Origin: Escherichia coli
GTDB lineage: Bacteria; Pseudomonadota; Gammaproteobacteria; Enterobacterales; Enterobacteriaceae
NCBI RefSeq assembly: GCF_965641715.1
Contig: NZ_OZ282453.1
Length of the DNA stretch: 64,000 bases
Reading direction: 5' to 3' (one strand)
Of this stretch, positions 22,924-34,827 are shown one piece after another. The first letter of the stretch is position 1; each line of letters starts with the position of its first letter. The notes beneath the pieces were generated by a model. That model was given only the letters and a program-made list of their open reading frames with translations. It was not told the origin of the DNA and made no database searches. The position numbers and the translations under genes were made by a program.

Positions 22924-24402
22924 ATGAGCTTACGTGAAAAAACCATCAGCGGCGCGAAGTGGTCGGCGATTGCCACGGTGATCATCATCGGCCTCGGGCT
23001 GGTGCAGATGACCGTGCTGGCGCGGATTATCGACAACCACCAGTTCGGCCTGCTGACTGTGTCGCTGGTGATTATCGCGCTGGCAGATACGCTTTCTGAC
23101 TTTGGTATCGCTAACTCGATTATTCAGCGAAAAGAAATCAGCCACCTTGAACTCACCACGCTGTACTGGCTGAACGTCGGGCTGGGGCTTGTGGTGTGCG
23201 TGGCGGTGTTTTTGTTGAGTGATGCCATTGGCGACGTGCTGAATAACCCGGACCTGGCACCGTTGATTAAAACATTGTCGCTGGCGTTTGTGGTGATCCC
23301 CCACGGGCAACAGTTCCGCGCGTTGATGCAGAAGGAGCTGGAGTTCAACAAAATCGGCATGATCGAAACCAGCGCGGTGCTGGCGGGCTTCACTTTTACG
23401 GTGGTTAGCGCCCATTTCTGGCCGCTGGCGATGACCGCGATCCTCGGTTATCTGGTCAATAGTGCGGTAAGAACGCTGCTGTTTGGCTACTTTGGCCGCA
23501 AAATTTATCGCCCTGGTCTGCATTTCTCGCTGGCGTCTGTTGCACCGAACTTACGCTTTGGTGCCTGGCTGACGGCGGACAGCATCATCAACTATCTCAA
23601 TACCAACCTTTCGACGCTGGTGCTGGCGCGTATTCTCGGCGCGGGCGTGGCAGGGGGATACAACCTGGCGTACAACGTGGCCGTTGTGCCACCGATGAAG
23701 CTGAACCCAATCATCACCCGCGTGTTGTTTCCGGCATTCGCCAAAATTCAGGACGACACCGAAAAGCTGCGCGTTAACTTCTACAAGCTGCTGTCGGTAG
23801 TGGGGATTATCAACTTTCCGGCTCTGCTGGGGCTGATGGTGGTGTCGAATAACTTTGTACCGCTGGTCTTTGGTGAGAAGTGGAACAGCATTATTCCGGT
23901 GCTGCAATTGCTGTGTGTGGTGGGTCTGCTGCGTTCGGTGGGTAACCCGATTGGTTCGCTGCTGATGGCGAAAGCGCGGGTCGATATCAGCTTTAAATTC
24001 AACGTATTCAAAACATTTCTGTTTATTCCGGCGATTGTTATTGGTGGGCAGATGGCGGGCGCAATCGGCGTCACGCTCGGTTTCCTGCTGGTGCAGATTA
24101 TCAACACCATTCTCAGTTACTTCGTGATGATTAAACCGGTTCTTGGTTCCAGTTATCGCCAGTACATCCTGAGTTTATGGCTGCCGTTTTATCTCTCGCT
24201 GCCGACGCTGGTGGTCAGTTATGCACTGGGCATTGTGCTGAAAGGGCAACTGGCGCTGGGGATGCTGCTGGCGGTGCAAATAGCCGCAGGCGTGCTGGCG
24301 TTTGTGGTGATGATTGTGCTGTCGCGCCATCCGTTGGTGGTGGAAGTAAAGCGTCAGTTTTGTCGCAGCGAAAAAATGAAAATGCTTTTACGGGCGGGGT
24401 GA
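22924..24402 (+). CDS. wzxC: Colanic acid repeat-unit flippase (PST family)
   Basis: 492 aa polytopic membrane protein; synteny. Confidence 0.9.
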   Translation: MSLREKTISGAKWSAIATVIIIGLGLVQMTVLARIIDNHQFGLLTVSLVIIALADTLSDFGIANSIIQRKEISHLELTTLYWLNVGLGLVVCVAVFLLSDAIGDVLNNPDLAPLIKTLSLAFVVIPHGQQFRALMQKELEFNKIGMIETSAVLAGFTFTVVSAHFWPLAMTAILGYLVNSAVRTLLFGYFGRKIYRPGLHFSLASVAPNLRFGAWLTADSIINYLNTNLSTLVLARILGAGVAGGYNLAYNVAVVPPMKLNPIITRVLFPAFAKIQDDTEKLRVNFYKLLSVVGIINFPALLGLMVVSNNFVPLVFGEKWNSIIPVLQLLCVVGLLRSVGNPIGSLLMAKARVDISFKFNVFKTFLFIPAIVIGGQMAGAIGVTLGFLLVQIINTILSYFVMIKPVLGSSYRQYILSLWLPFYLSLPTLVVSYALGIVLKGQLALGMLLAVQIAAGVLAFVVMIVLSRHPLVVEVKRQFCRSEKMKMLLRAG

Positions 24403-24439
24403 GTTGTTGTTTTCGGTTCCGACAACGGTTGCCGGGTGC

Positions 24440-24711
<272 letters not shown>

Positions 24712-24773
24712 CAAAAAACGGCAACGAACACAACAAACACAGCCTCACCTGGCATCACATTTATGAGGAAAAA

Positions 24774-26054
24774 ATGAAATTACTTATTCTGGGCAACCAC
24801 ACTTGCGGCAATCGTGGCGACAGCGCCATCTTGCGCGGCTTACTTGATGCCATCAACATCCTCAATCCACACGCAGAAGTGGACGTGATGAGCCGCTATC
24901 CGGTCAGTTCTTCCTGGCTGCTCAACCGCCCGGTAATGGGTGATCCGCTGTTCCTTCAAATGAAACAACACAACAGCGCGGCGGGCGTTGTCGGGCGCGT
25001 TAAAAAAGTCCTCCGTCGCCGCTATCAACACCAGGTACTGCTCTCGCGCGTCACCGACACTGGCAAGCTGCGTAATATCGCCATCGCCCAGGGATTCACC
25101 GACTTCGTGCGCCTGCTGTCAGGTTACGACGCCATTATCCAGGTCGGCGGATCGTTTTTTGTCGATCTCTACGGCGTGCCGCAGTTTGAACATGCGCTTT
25201 GCACGTTTATGGCGAAAAAGCCGCTGTTTATGATTGGTCACAGCGTCGGTCCCTTCCAGGATGAGCAATTTAACCAACTGGCGAACTACGTTTTTGGTCA
25301 CTGCGACGCGCTGATCCTGCGCGAATCGGTCAGCCTTGATTTGATGAAACGCAGCAATATCACTACCGCAAAAGTGGAACATGGCGTCGATACCGCGTGG
25401 CTGGTCGATCACCACACAGAAGACTTCACCGCCAGCTATGCCGTCCAACACTGGCTGGACGTTGCCGCACAACAGAAAACGGTGGCAATTACCCTGCGCG
25501 AACTGGCACCGTTCGACAAACGTCTCGGCACCACTCAACAAGCGTATGAAAAAGCCTTTGCCGGGGTGGTCAATCGCATTCTCGACGAAGGCTATCAGGT
25601 CATTGCGCTCTCCACCTGTACGGGCATCGACAGCTATAACAAAGACGACCGCATGGTGGCGCTCAACCTGCGCCAGCATATCAGCGATCCTGCCCGTTAC
25701 CACGTAGTGATGGATGAACTTAACGATCTGGAAATGGGCAAAATTCTCGGTGCCTGTGAACTCACCGTTGGTACGCGTCTGCACTCCGCTATTATCTCAA
25801 TGAACTTTGCTACTCCGGCGATTGCCATCAACTATGAACATAAATCCGCTGGGATCATGCAGCAGCTGGGGCTGCCAGAGATGGCAATTGATATCCGTCA
25901 TTTATTAGACGGCAGCCTGCAAGCGATGGTTGCGGATACCTTAGGCCAACTTCCGGCGCTGAACGCGCGACTTAACGAAGCTGTCAGTCGCGAACGTCAG
26001 ACGGGAATGCAGATGGTGCAATCTGTGCTTGAACGCATCGGGGAGGTGAAATGA
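24774..26054 (+). CDS. wcaK: Colanic acid pyruvyl transferase
   Basis: 426 aa; synteny and length. Confidence 0.85.
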   Translation: MKLLILGNHTCGNRGDSAILRGLLDAINILNPHAEVDVMSRYPVSSSWLLNRPVMGDPLFLQMKQHNSAAGVVGRVKKVLRRRYQHQVLLSRVTDTGKLRNIAIAQGFTDFVRLLSGYDAIIQVGGSFFVDLYGVPQFEHALCTFMAKKPLFMIGHSVGPFQDEQFNQLANYVFGHCDALILRESVSLDLMKRSNITTAKVEHGVDTAWLVDHHTEDFTASYAVQHWLDVAAQQKTVAITLRELAPFDKRLGTTQQAYEKAFAGVVNRILDEGYQVIALSTCTGIDSYNKDDRMVALNLRQHISDPARYHVVMDELNDLEMGKILGACELTVGTRLHSAIISMNFATPAIAINYEHKSAGIMQQLGLPEMAIDIRHLLDGSLQAMVADTLGQLPALNARLNEAVSRERQTGMQMVQSVLERIGEVK

Positions 26055-27271
26055 AGGTCGGCTTCTTTTTACTGAAATTTCCGTTGTCGTCGGAAACCTT
26101 CGTTCTTAACCAAATCACTGCGTTTATTGATATGGGATTTGAGGTGGAGATTATCGCGCTGCAAAAAGGCGACACACAAAACACCCACGCGGCATGGACG
26201 AAATACAACCTTGCTGCCAGAACCCGCTGGTTACAGGACGAACCTACGGGCAAAGTGGCGAAACTGCGCCACCGCGCCAGCCAGACCTTACGCGGCATTC
26301 ATCGTAAAAATACCTGGCAGGCGCTCAACCTCAAACGCTATGGTGCTGAGTCGCGGAACCTGATTTTGTCTGCCATTTGCGGTCAGATCGCAACACCATT
26401 TCATGCCGATGTCTTTATCGCTCATTTTGGCCCTGCGGGGGTAACCGCAGCAAAACTACGCGAACTGGGTGTCATTCGCGGCAAAATTGCCACTATCTTT
26501 CACGGTATTGATATCTCCAGTCGGGAAGTGCTCAACCACTACACTCCCGAATATCAACAACTGTTTCGCCGTGGCGACCTGATGTTACCGATAAGCGATT
26601 TGTGGGCCGGAAGGCTGCAAAAAATGGGCTGCCCGAGGGAAAAAATCGCCGTATCGCGCATGGGCGTGGACATGACGCGCTTTAGCCCGCGTCCGGTGAA
26701 AGCGCCCGCAACGCCGCTGGAAATCATCTCCGTCGCACGCTTAACCGAAAAAAAAGGCCTGCATGTGGCGATCGAAGCCTGCCGTCAGTTGAAAGAGCAG
26801 GGCATGGCATTTCGCTATCGCATCCTCGGCATTGGCCCGTGGGAACGACGCCTGCGTACCCTCATCGAACAATATCAACTGGAAGATGTGGTAGACATGC
26901 CGGGCTTTAAACCGAGCCACGAAGTGAAAGCGATGCTCGACGACGCGGATGTCTTCCTGTTGCCATCGGTAACGGGCGCGGATGGCGATATGGAAGGTAT
27001 TCCGGTGGCGCTAATGGAAGCGATGGCGGTCGGCATTCCGGTGGTTTCTACTCTGCATAGCGGAATACCGGAATTGGTGGAGGCCGATAAATCCGGCTGG
27101 CTGGTGCCTGAGAACGATGCTCGCGCACTGGCACAACGTCTGGCGGCGTTTAGCCAACTGGACACCGACGAACTGGCTCCGGTCGTCAAACGTGCGCGCG
27201 AAAAAGTCGAACACGATTTTAACCAGCAGGTGATCAATCGAGAACTCGCCAGCTTGCTGCAAGCTTTATAG
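26051..27271 (+). CDS. wcaL: Colanic acid glycosyltransferase (GT4)
   Basis: 406 aa; GT4 EX7E region (...[19 protein letters not shown]...); start overlaps the wcaK stop. Confidence 0.9.
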   Translation: MKVGFFLLKFPLSSETFVLNQITAFIDMGFEVEIIALQKGDTQNTHAAWTKYNLAARTRWLQDEPTGKVAKLRHRASQTLRGIHRKNTWQALNLKRYGAESRNLILSAICGQIATPFHADVFIAHFGPAGVTAAKLRELGVIRGKIATIFHGIDISSREVLNHYTPEYQQLFRRGDLMLPISDLWAGRLQKMGCPREKIAVSRMGVDMTRFSPRPVKAPATPLEIISVARLTEKKGLHVAIEACRQLKEQGMAFRYRILGIGPWERRLRTLIEQYQLEDVVDMPGFKPSHEVKAMLDDADVFLLPSVTGADGDMEGIPVALMEAMAVGIPVVSTLHSGIPELVEADKSGWLVPENDARALAQRLAAFSQLDTDELAPVVKRAREKVEHDFNQQVINRELASLLQAL

Positions 27272-27281
27272 AGGAGAACGC

Positions 27282-28676
27282 ATGCCATTTAAAACACTCT
27301 CCCGACGCACCTTCCTGACGGCAAGCTCGGCGCTTGCCTTCCTCCATACCCCTTTCGCTCGCGCACTTCCCGCCCGACAAAGCGTTAACATTAACGACTA
27401 CAACCCTCACGACTGGATCGCCTCATTTAAACAAGCCTTCAGCGAAGGGCAAACGGTCGTCGTGCCTGCTGGATTCGTTTGTGACAATATCAACACCGGC
27501 ATCTTCATCCCTCCCGGCAAAACGTTACACATCCTTGGAAGCCTGCGCGGCAACGGCAGAGGGCGATTTGTCTTACAGGACGGCAGCCAGGTGACAGGGG
27601 AGGAGGGCGGCAGTATGCATAACATCACCCTGGATGTGCGAGGCTCTGACTGCACCATCAAAGGGCTGGCGATGAGCGGCTTTGGTCCGGTAACGCAGAT
27701 TTATATCGGCGGCAAAAACAAACGGGTCATGCGCAACCTGACCATCGATAATCTCACCGTTAACCACGCTAATTACGCTATTTTGCGCCAGGGATTTCAT
27801 AACCAGATTATCGGTGCCAACATCACCAACTGTAAATTTAGTGATTTACAGGGCGACGCCATTGAATGGAACGTGGCGATTAACGACCGTGATATTTTGA
27901 TATCTGACCATGTCATCGAGCGCATCAACTGTACCAACGGCAAAATCAACTGGGGCATCGGCATAGGTCTTGCGGGAAGCACTTATGATAATAATTACCC
28001 GGAAGACCAGGCAGTGAAAAACTTTGTCGTGGCGAATATCACGGGAACGGATTGTCGGCAGTTGATCCATGTTGAAAATGGTAAACATTTTGTTATTCGT
28101 AATATCAAAGCCCGCAATATCACGCCGGATTTCAGTAAGAAAGCAGGTATTGATAACGCGACGGTCGCTATTTACGGTTGTGACAATTTCGCAATTGATA
28201 ATATTGAAATGATTAATAGCGCCGGGATGTTAATCGGCTATGGGGTAATTAAAGGCAAATATCTCTCGATACCGCAAAATTTCCGAGTGAATAATATTCA
28301 ACTGGATAACACCCATCTTGCTTATAAATTGCGCGGCATCCAAATCTCCGCTGGGAATGCCGTCTCCTTTGTGGCGCTGACTAACATTGAGATGAAGCGT
28401 GCGTCGCTGGAGTTACACAACAAACCGCAACACCTTTTTATGCGTAATATCAAGGTGATGCAGGAATCCTCAGTTGGACCCGCATTGAGCATGAACTTCG
28501 ACATGCGCAAAGACGTTCGCGGCGTCTTTATGGCGAAAAAAGAAACACTGCTGTCTCTTGCAAATGTTCATGCGGTGAATGAAAAAGGGCAAAGCTCCGT
28601 CGATATCGACAGAGTTAATCACCATATTGTTAATGTGGAAAAGATTAACTTTAGATTGCCGGAACGGAGGGAGTAG
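27282..28676 (+). CDS. wcaM: Colanic acid biosynthesis protein WcaM (predicted periplasmic, Tat-type signal)
   Basis: 464 aa; N-terminus [28 protein letters not shown] carries a twin-arginine motif; last gene of the operon. Confidence 0.85.
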   Translation: MPFKTLSRRTFLTASSALAFLHTPFARALPARQSVNINDYNPHDWIASFKQAFSEGQTVVVPAGFVCDNINTGIFIPPGKTLHILGSLRGNGRGRFVLQDGSQVTGEEGGSMHNITLDVRGSDCTIKGLAMSGFGPVTQIYIGGKNKRVMRNLTIDNLTVNHANYAILRQGFHNQIIGANITNCKFSDLQGDAIEWNVAINDRDILISDHVIERINCTNGKINWGIGIGLAGSTYDNNYPEDQAVKNFVVANITGTDCRQLIHVENGKHFVIRNIKARNITPDFSKKAGIDNATVAIYGCDNFAIDNIEMINSAGMLIGYGVIKGKYLSIPQNFRVNNIQLDNTHLAYKLRGIQISAGNAVSFVALTNIEMKRASLELHNKPQHLFMRNIKVMQESSVGPALSMNFDMRKDVRGVFMAKKETLLSLANVHAVNEKGQSSVDIDRVNHHIVNVEKINFRLPERRE

Positions 28677-28850
28677 ATTTGCGACCATTCCTGGAAAAAT
28701 GGAGCCATACTTAGGAACAATGCTACTGCAATCCACAACGAAGCGGCGTAACATCACAAGTAATTCAGTAATCAATTCAGGGTAATTGATGCTGGCGAAA
28801 AAAATCGAACAAGCTATAATTCAGCAACCATTTTACAGGTGGATGAAATA

Positions 28851-29744
28851 ATGACGAATTTAAAAGCAGTTATTCCTGTAGCGGGTCTTGGGATGCATAT
28901 GTTGCCTGCCACTAAGGCGATTCCCAAAGAGATGCTACCGATCGTCGACAAGCCAATGATTCAGTACATTGTTGACGAGATTGTGGCTGCAGGGATCAAA
29001 GAAATCCTCCTGGTAACTCACGCGTCCAAGAACGCGGTCGAAAACCACTTCGACACCTCTTATGAGTTAGAGTCTCTCCTTGAACAGCGCGTGAAGCGTC
29101 AGCTGCTGGCGGAAGTGCAGTCCATCTGTCCACCGGGCGTGACCATTATGAACGTGCGTCAGGGCGAACCTTTAGGTTTAGGCCACTCCATTTTGTGTGC
29201 ACGACCCGCCATTGGTGACAATCCATTTGTCGTGGTGCTGCCAGACGTTGTGATCGACGACGCCAGCGCCGACCCGCTGCGTTACAACCTTGCTGCCATG
29301 ATTGCACGTTTCAATGAAACGGGCCGCAGTCAGGTGCTGGCAAAACGTATGCCGGGTGACCTCTCTGAATACTCGGTCATCCAGACCAAAGAACCGCTGG
29401 ATCGCGAAGGTAAAGTCAGCCGCATCGTCGAATTTATCGAAAAACCGGATCAGCCGCAGACGCTGGACTCAGACATCATGGCCGTTGGTCGCTATGTGCT
29501 TTCTGCCGATATTTGGCCGGAACTGGAACGTACTCAGCCTGGTGCATGGGGGCGTATTCAGCTGACTGATGCCATCGCTGAACTGGCGAAAAAACAGTCC
29601 GTTGATGCCATGCTGATGACAGGTGACAGCTACGACTGCGGTAAAAAAATGGGCTATATGCAAGCGTTCGTGAAGTATGGGCTACGCAACCTCAAAGAAG
29701 GGGCGAAGTTCCGTAAAGGGATTGAGAAGCTGTTAAGCGAATAA
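28851..29744 (+). CDS. galF: UTP-glucose-1-phosphate uridylyltransferase-like protein GalF
   Basis: 297 aa from [30 protein letters not shown]; conserved 5-prime flank of O-antigen clusters. Confidence 0.95.
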   Translation: MTNLKAVIPVAGLGMHMLPATKAIPKEMLPIVDKPMIQYIVDEIVAAGIKEILLVTHASKNAVENHFDTSYELESLLEQRVKRQLLAEVQSICPPGVTIMNVRQGEPLGLGHSILCARPAIGDNPFVVVLPDVVIDDASADPLRYNLAAMIARFNETGRSQVLAKRMPGDLSEYSVIQTKEPLDREGKVSRIVEFIEKPDQPQTLDSDIMAVGRYVLSADIWPELERTQPGAWGRIQLTDAIAELAKKQSVDAMLMTGDSYDCGKKMGYMQAFVKYGLRNLKEGAKFRKGIEKLLSE

Positions 29745-30002
29745 TGAAAATCTGACCGGATGTAACGGTTGATAAGAAAATTATAACGGCAGTGAAGATT
29801 CGTGGCGAAAGTAATTTGTTGCGAATTTTCCTGCCGTTGTTTTATATAAACAATCAGAATAACAAGGAGTTAGCAATAGGATTTTAGTCAAAGTTTTCCA
29901 GGATTTTCCTTGTTTCCAGAGCGGATTGGTAAGACAATTAGCGTTTGAATTTTTCGGGTTTAGCGCGAGTGGGTAACGCTCGTCACATCGTAGGCATGCA
30001 TG

Positions 30003-30041
30003 CAGTGCTCTGGTAGCTGTAAAGCCAGGGGCGGTAGCGTG
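30003..30041 (+). promoter_or_regulatory. JUMPStart element with ops site upstream of the O-antigen cluster
   Basis: cagtgctctggtagctgtaaagccaggggcggtagcgtg; ops GGCGGTAGCGTG at 30030-30041, about 75 bp upstream of the rmlB start. Confidence 0.8.
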
Positions 30042-30115
30042 CATTAATACCTCTATTAATCAAACTAAGAGCCGCTTATTTCACAGCATGCTCTGAAGTA
30101 ATATGGAATAAAAGA

Positions 30116-31201
30116 GTGAAGATACTTGTTACTGGTGGCGCAGGATTTATTGGTTCTGCTGTAGTTCGTCACATTATAAATAATACGCAGGATAGTGTTG
30201 TTAATGTCGATAAATTAACGTACGCCGGAAACCTGGAATCACTTGCTGATGTTTCTGATTCTGAACGCTATATTTTTGAACATGCGGATATTTGCGATGC
30301 TGCTGCAATGGCACGGATTTTTGCTCAGCATCAGCCGGATGCAGTGATGCACTTGGCTGCTGAAAGCCATGTTGACCGTTCAATTACAGGTCCTGCGGCA
30401 TTTATTGAAACCAATATTGTTGGTACTTATGTCCTTTTGGAAGCCGCTCGCAATTACTGGTCTGCTCTTGATAGCGACAAGAAAAATAGCTTCCGTTTTC
30501 ATCATATTTCTACTGACGAAGTATATGGTGATTTGCCTCATCCTGACGAGGTAAATAATACAGAAGAATTACCCTTATTTACTGAGACAACAGCTTACGC
30601 GCCAAGCAGCCCTTATTCCGCATCCAAAGCATCCAGCGATCATTTAGTCCGCGCGTGGAAACGTACCTATGGTTTACCGACCATTGTGACTAATTGCTCT
30701 AACAATTATGGTCCTTATCATTTCCCGGAAAAATTGATTCCATTGGTTATTCTCAATGCTCTGGAAGGTAAAGCATTACCTATTTATGGTAAAGGGGATC
30801 AAATTCGCGACTGGCTGTATGTTGAAGATCATGCGCGTGCGTTATATACCGTCGTAACCGAAGGTAAAGCGGGTGAAACTTATAACATTGGTGGACACAA
30901 CGAAAAGAAAAACATCGATGTAGTGCTCACTATTTGTGATTTGTTAGATGAGATTGTCCCGAAAGAGAAATCTTACCGCGAGCAAATTACTTATGTTGCC
31001 GATCGTCCGGGACACGATCGCCGTTATGCGATTGATGCTGAGAACATTGGTCGCGAATTGGGATGGAAACCACAGGAAACGTTTGAGAGCGGGATTCGTA
31101 AAACGGTGGAATGGTACCTGTCCAATACAAAATGGGTTGATAATGTGAAAAGTGGTGCCTATCAATCGTGGATTGAACAGAACTATGAGGGCCGCCAGTA
31201 A
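30116..31201 (+). CDS. rmlB: dTDP-glucose 4,6-dehydratase
   Basis: 361 aa; GTG start; Rossmann motif TGGAGFIGS; conserved RmlB sequence. Confidence 0.95.
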   Translation: MKILVTGGAGFIGSAVVRHIINNTQDSVVNVDKLTYAGNLESLADVSDSERYIFEHADICDAAAMARIFAQHQPDAVMHLAAESHVDRSITGPAAFIETNIVGTYVLLEAARNYWSALDSDKKNSFRFHHISTDEVYGDLPHPDEVNNTEELPLFTETTAYAPSSPYSASKASSDHLVRAWKRTYGLPTIVTNCSNNYGPYHFPEKLIPLVILNALEGKALPIYGKGDQIRDWLYVEDHARALYTVVTEGKAGETYNIGGHNEKKNIDVVLTICDLLDEIVPKEKSYREQITYVADRPGHDRRYAIDAENIGRELGWKPQETFESGIRKTVEWYLSNTKWVDNVKSGAYQSWIEQNYEGRQ

Positions 31202-32100
31202 TGAATATCCTCCTTTTTGGCAAAACAGGGCAGGTAGGTTGGGAACTACAGCGTGCTCTGGCACCTCTGGGTAATTTGATTGCTCTTGATGTTCACTCCA
31301 CTGATTACTGTGGTGATTTTAGTAATCCTGAAGGTGTAGCTGAAACCGTAAGAAGCATTCGGCCTGATATTATTGTCAACGCAGCCGCTCACACCGCAGT
31401 AGACAAAGCAGAATCAGAACCGAAGTTTGCACAATTACTTAACGCGACGAGTGTCGAAGCGATCGCGAAAGCAGCCAATGAAGTCGGCGCTTGGGTTATT
31501 CACTACTCTACTGACTACGTATTTCCGGGGACCGGTGAAATACCATGGCTGGAGACGGATGCAACCGCACCACTAAATGTTTACGGTGAAACCAAGTTAG
31601 CCGGAGAAAAGGCGTTACAGGAATATTGCGCGAAGCATCTTATTTTCCGGACCAGCTGGGTCTATGCAGGAAAAGGAAATAACTTCGCCAAAACGATGCT
31701 ACGTCTGGCAAAAGAGCGTGAAGAATTAGCGGTTATTAACGATCAGTTTGGTGCGCCAACAGGTGCTGAACTGCTGGCTGATTGTACAGCACATGCCATT
31801 CGTGTCGCACTGAATAAACCGGATGTCGCAGGCTTGTACCATTTGGTAGCCAGTGGTACCACAACCTGGTACGATTATGCTGCGCTGGTTTTTGAAGAGG
31901 CGCGCAAAGCAGGCATTCCCCTTGCACTCAACAAGCTCAACGCAGTACCAACAACTGCCTATCCTACACCAGCTCGTCGTCCACATAACTCTCGCCTTAA
32001 TACAGAAAAATTTCAGCAGAACTTTGCGCTTGTCTTGCCTGACTGGCAGGTTGGCGTGAAACGAATGCTTAACGAATTATTTACGACTACAGCAATTTAA
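31201..32100 (+). CDS. rmlD: dTDP-4-dehydrorhamnose reductase
   Basis: 299 aa; [20 protein letters not shown]; start overlaps the rmlB stop. Confidence 0.95.
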   Translation: MNILLFGKTGQVGWELQRALAPLGNLIALDVHSTDYCGDFSNPEGVAETVRSIRPDIIVNAAAHTAVDKAESEPKFAQLLNATSVEAIAKAANEVGAWVIHYSTDYVFPGTGEIPWLETDATAPLNVYGETKLAGEKALQEYCAKHLIFRTSWVYAGKGNNFAKTMLRLAKEREELAVINDQFGAPTGAELLADCTAHAIRVALNKPDVAGLYHLVASGTTTWYDYAALVFEEARKAGIPLALNKLNAVPTTAYPTPARRPHNSRLNTEKFQQNFALVLPDWQVGVKRMLNELFTTTAI

Positions 32101-32157
32101 TAGTTTTTGCATCTTGTTCGTGATGGTGGAGTAAGATGAATTAAAAGGAATGATGAA

Positions 32158-33036
32158 ATGAAAACGCGTAAAGGTATTATTTTAGCGGGTGGTTCTGGTA
32201 CTCGTCTTTATCCTGTGACTATGGCTGTCAGTAAACAGCTGTTACCGATTTATGATAAACCGATGATCTATTACCCGCTTTCTACACTGATGTTAGCGGG
32301 TATTCGCGATATTTTGATTATCAGTACGCCACAGGATACTCCTCGTTTTCAACAACTGCTGGGTGACGGGAGCCAGTGGGGGCTAAATCTTCAGTACAAA
32401 GTGCAACCGAGTCCAGATGGTCTTGCGCAGGCATTTATCATCGGTGAAGAGTTTATTGGTGGTGATGATTGTGCTTTGGTTCTTGGTGATAATATCTTCT
32501 ACGGCCACGATCTGCCGAAGTTAATGGACGTAGCTGTTAACAAAGAAAGTGGTGCAACAGTATTTGCTTATCACGTTAATGATCCTGAACGTTATGGTGT
32601 CGTTGAGTTTGATAAAAACGGTACGGCAATTAGTCTGGAAGAAAAACCGTTACAACCAAAAAGTAATTATGCGGTAACCGGGCTTTATTTCTATGATAAC
32701 GACGTTGTCGAAATGGCGAAAAACCTTAAGCCTTCTGCCCGTGGTGAACTGGAAATTACCGATATTAACCGTATCTATATGGAGCAGGGGCGTTTATCCG
32801 TTGCCATGATGGGGCGTGGTTATGCATGGCTGGATACGGGGACACATCAGAGTCTTATTGAAGCAAGCAACTTCATTGCCACCATTGAAGAGCGCCAGGG
32901 ACTAAAGGTTTCCTGCCCAGAAGAAATTGCTTACCGTAAAGGGTTTATTGATGCAGAGCAGGTAAAAGCATTAGCTGAGCCGCTGAAAAAAAATGCTTAT
33001 GGCCAGTATCTGCTGAAAATGATTAAAGGTTATTAA
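32158..33036 (+). CDS. rmlA: Glucose-1-phosphate thymidylyltransferase
   Basis: 292 aa; [15 protein letters not shown] nucleotidyltransferase motif. Confidence 0.95.
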   Translation: MKTRKGIILAGGSGTRLYPVTMAVSKQLLPIYDKPMIYYPLSTLMLAGIRDILIISTPQDTPRFQQLLGDGSQWGLNLQYKVQPSPDGLAQAFIIGEEFIGGDDCALVLGDNIFYGHDLPKLMDVAVNKESGATVFAYHVNDPERYGVVEFDKNGTAISLEEKPLQPKSNYAVTGLYFYDNDVVEMAKNLKPSARGELEITDINRIYMEQGRLSVAMMGRGYAWLDTGTHQSLIEASNFIATIEERQGLKVSCPEEIAYRKGFIDAEQVKALAEPLKKNAYGQYLLKMIKGY

Positions 33037-33040
33037 TAAA

Positions 33041-33592
33041 ATGAACGTAATTAAAACAAAAATTCCAGATGTACTGATTTTTGAACCGAAAGTTTTTAGT
33101 GATGAGCGTGGTTTCTTTTTCGAGAGCTTTAACCAGAAGATTTTTGAGGAAGCTGTAGGCCGCAAAGTTGAATTTGTTCAGGATAACCATTCGAAGTCTA
33201 GTAAAGGTGTTTTACGCGGGCTGCATTATCAGTTGGAACCTTATGCACAAGGAAAATTGGTGCGCTGCGTTGTCGGTGAAGTTTTTGACGTAGCTGTTGA
33301 TATTCGTAAATCGTCATCTACTTTTGGCAAATGGGTTGGGGTGAATTTATCTTCTGAGAATAAGCGGCAATTGTGGATTCCTGAGGGATTTGCACATGGT
33401 TTTTTAGTGCTGAGTGAAACGGCGGAGTTTGTTTATAAAACAACAAATTTTTATTCGTATCCACATGAGCGTAGTATTATATGGAGTGATTCTAATATAA
33501 ATATAAGTTGGCCGCTCCCAAATAGTATGATAAATCTTTCTAAAAAAGATAAGATGGCACCAAATTTAAACATGGAAAATAAAATAAGTTGA
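33041..33592 (+). CDS. rmlC: dTDP-4-dehydrorhamnose 3,5-epimerase
   Basis: 183 aa; cupin-type RmlC sequence (FFESFN...RGLHYQ...). Confidence 0.95.
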   Translation: MNVIKTKIPDVLIFEPKVFSDERGFFFESFNQKIFEEAVGRKVEFVQDNHSKSSKGVLRGLHYQLEPYAQGKLVRCVVGEVFDVAVDIRKSSSTFGKWVGVNLSSENKRQLWIPEGFAHGFLVLSETAEFVYKTTNFYSYPHERSIIWSDSNINISWPLPNSMINLSKKDKMAPNLNMENKIS

Positions 33593-34827
33593 AAAATTCA
33601 ATATTAACAAACATTTTTTCAATGTTCAGCATACAAGGTGTTAATTACATCATTCCTTTGGTGACAATTCCATATCTTGTTAGGGTTTTAGGGTTAGAGG
33701 TTTATGGTAAATATAGTATTATTTTGTCTGTGTTACAATATTTAGTGATAATTACTGATTATGGATTTAATTTGTCTGGAAGTAGGCAGATAGCATTAAG
33801 TCTAAATGATAAGAAAAAAATTTCAAAGATATTTTGTGCGATAATAATATGTAAGGTTATTATTGCTGCAATTTCATTCTTTTCTGTTTTCTTATTTATG
33901 GAATATAATGGTTCTTATAGCGCTTATGTTGAGTTATTTATAAGCGGAATGGGAATTGTTATAGGTACATCATTTTTCCCAGTATGGTTGTTTCAAGGGT
34001 ATGAACGCATGTATTGGATTGCTATCAGTAATTTATTTGCAAAAATTACCGGAGGCATCCTGATTTTTTTACTTGTCCACAATAACAGCGATCTTAATAT
34101 TGCTATTATTATTCAGAGTTGTACTTGTCTCATTTCTGCTGGGATTGCATTAACGACAGCAAGAATAGGGAAGTTTGTTTATTTTCTATGGCCTCCACTA
34201 TCCGAAATAAAAAAACAACTTAAACTGGGTTGGAATATTTTTTTATCGACATTTTTTAGTAGTATGTACACAACAAGCATACCATTGATACTTGGAGTTA
34301 ACGCCGGAGCGGAAGCAGTAGGCGTTTATAATTCCGCAGATAAACTCAAGCAAGCTCTGCAAGGAATAATAGGTCCTGTATCTCAAGCTATTTACCCGCG
34401 CTCAAGCCGTTTATTTTCGCACTCAATTAAGGATGGACTTTCCTTTGTAACAAAAGTCTCGATTTTCTTATGTTCATTTATGTTTCTATGCAGTGCAGTA
34501 GGTTTTTTTCTATCAGAATACATCGTTAATTTAGCCTTTGGTGCAGGACATGAGTCATCTGTTTCAGTATTAAAAATTATAATTTGGATACCATCAGTTG
34601 TTGCTGTTGCGAATATGTTAGGTGTTCAAATAATCTTACCTATGGGATTAACCAAAATCTTTGGCATGACTTATGTAGTTTTGGGAGGAATAGGATTAAT
34701 AATTATGTATGCCGCTTCATATTATGAGTCTTTCATTGGGGTGTCATATGCAGCGATATTAATAGAGATTATTATTACAGTAATCTTTTTGGCAGTTATT
34801 AAGAAGCGCATTAGAGGGAAAGAATGA
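33589..34827 (+). CDS. wzx: O-antigen flippase Wzx (PST family), serotype-specific
   Basis: About 400-aa AT-rich ORF encoding a polytopic membrane protein directly after rmlC. Start is ambiguous: TTG at 33589 (overlapping the rmlC stop) or ATG at 33622. Confidence 0.75.
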   Translation: MKNSILTNIFSMFSIQGVNYIIPLVTIPYLVRVLGLEVYGKYSIILSVLQYLVIITDYGFNLSGSRQIALSLNDKKKISKIFCAIIICKVIIAAISFFSVFLFMEYNGSYSAYVELFISGMGIVIGTSFFPVWLFQGYERMYWIAISNLFAKITGGILIFLLVHNNSDLNIAIIIQSCTCLISAGIALTTARIGKFVYFLWPPLSEIKKQLKLGWNIFLSTFFSSMYTTSIPLILGVNAGAEAVGVYNSADKLKQALQGIIGPVSQAIYPRSSRLFSHSIKDGLSFVTKVSIFLCSFMFLCSAVGFFLSEYIVNLAFGAGHESSVSVLKIIIWIPSVVAVANMLGVQIILPMGLTKIFGMTYVVLGGIGLIIMYAASYYESFIGVSYAAILIEIIITVIFLAVIKKRIRGKE

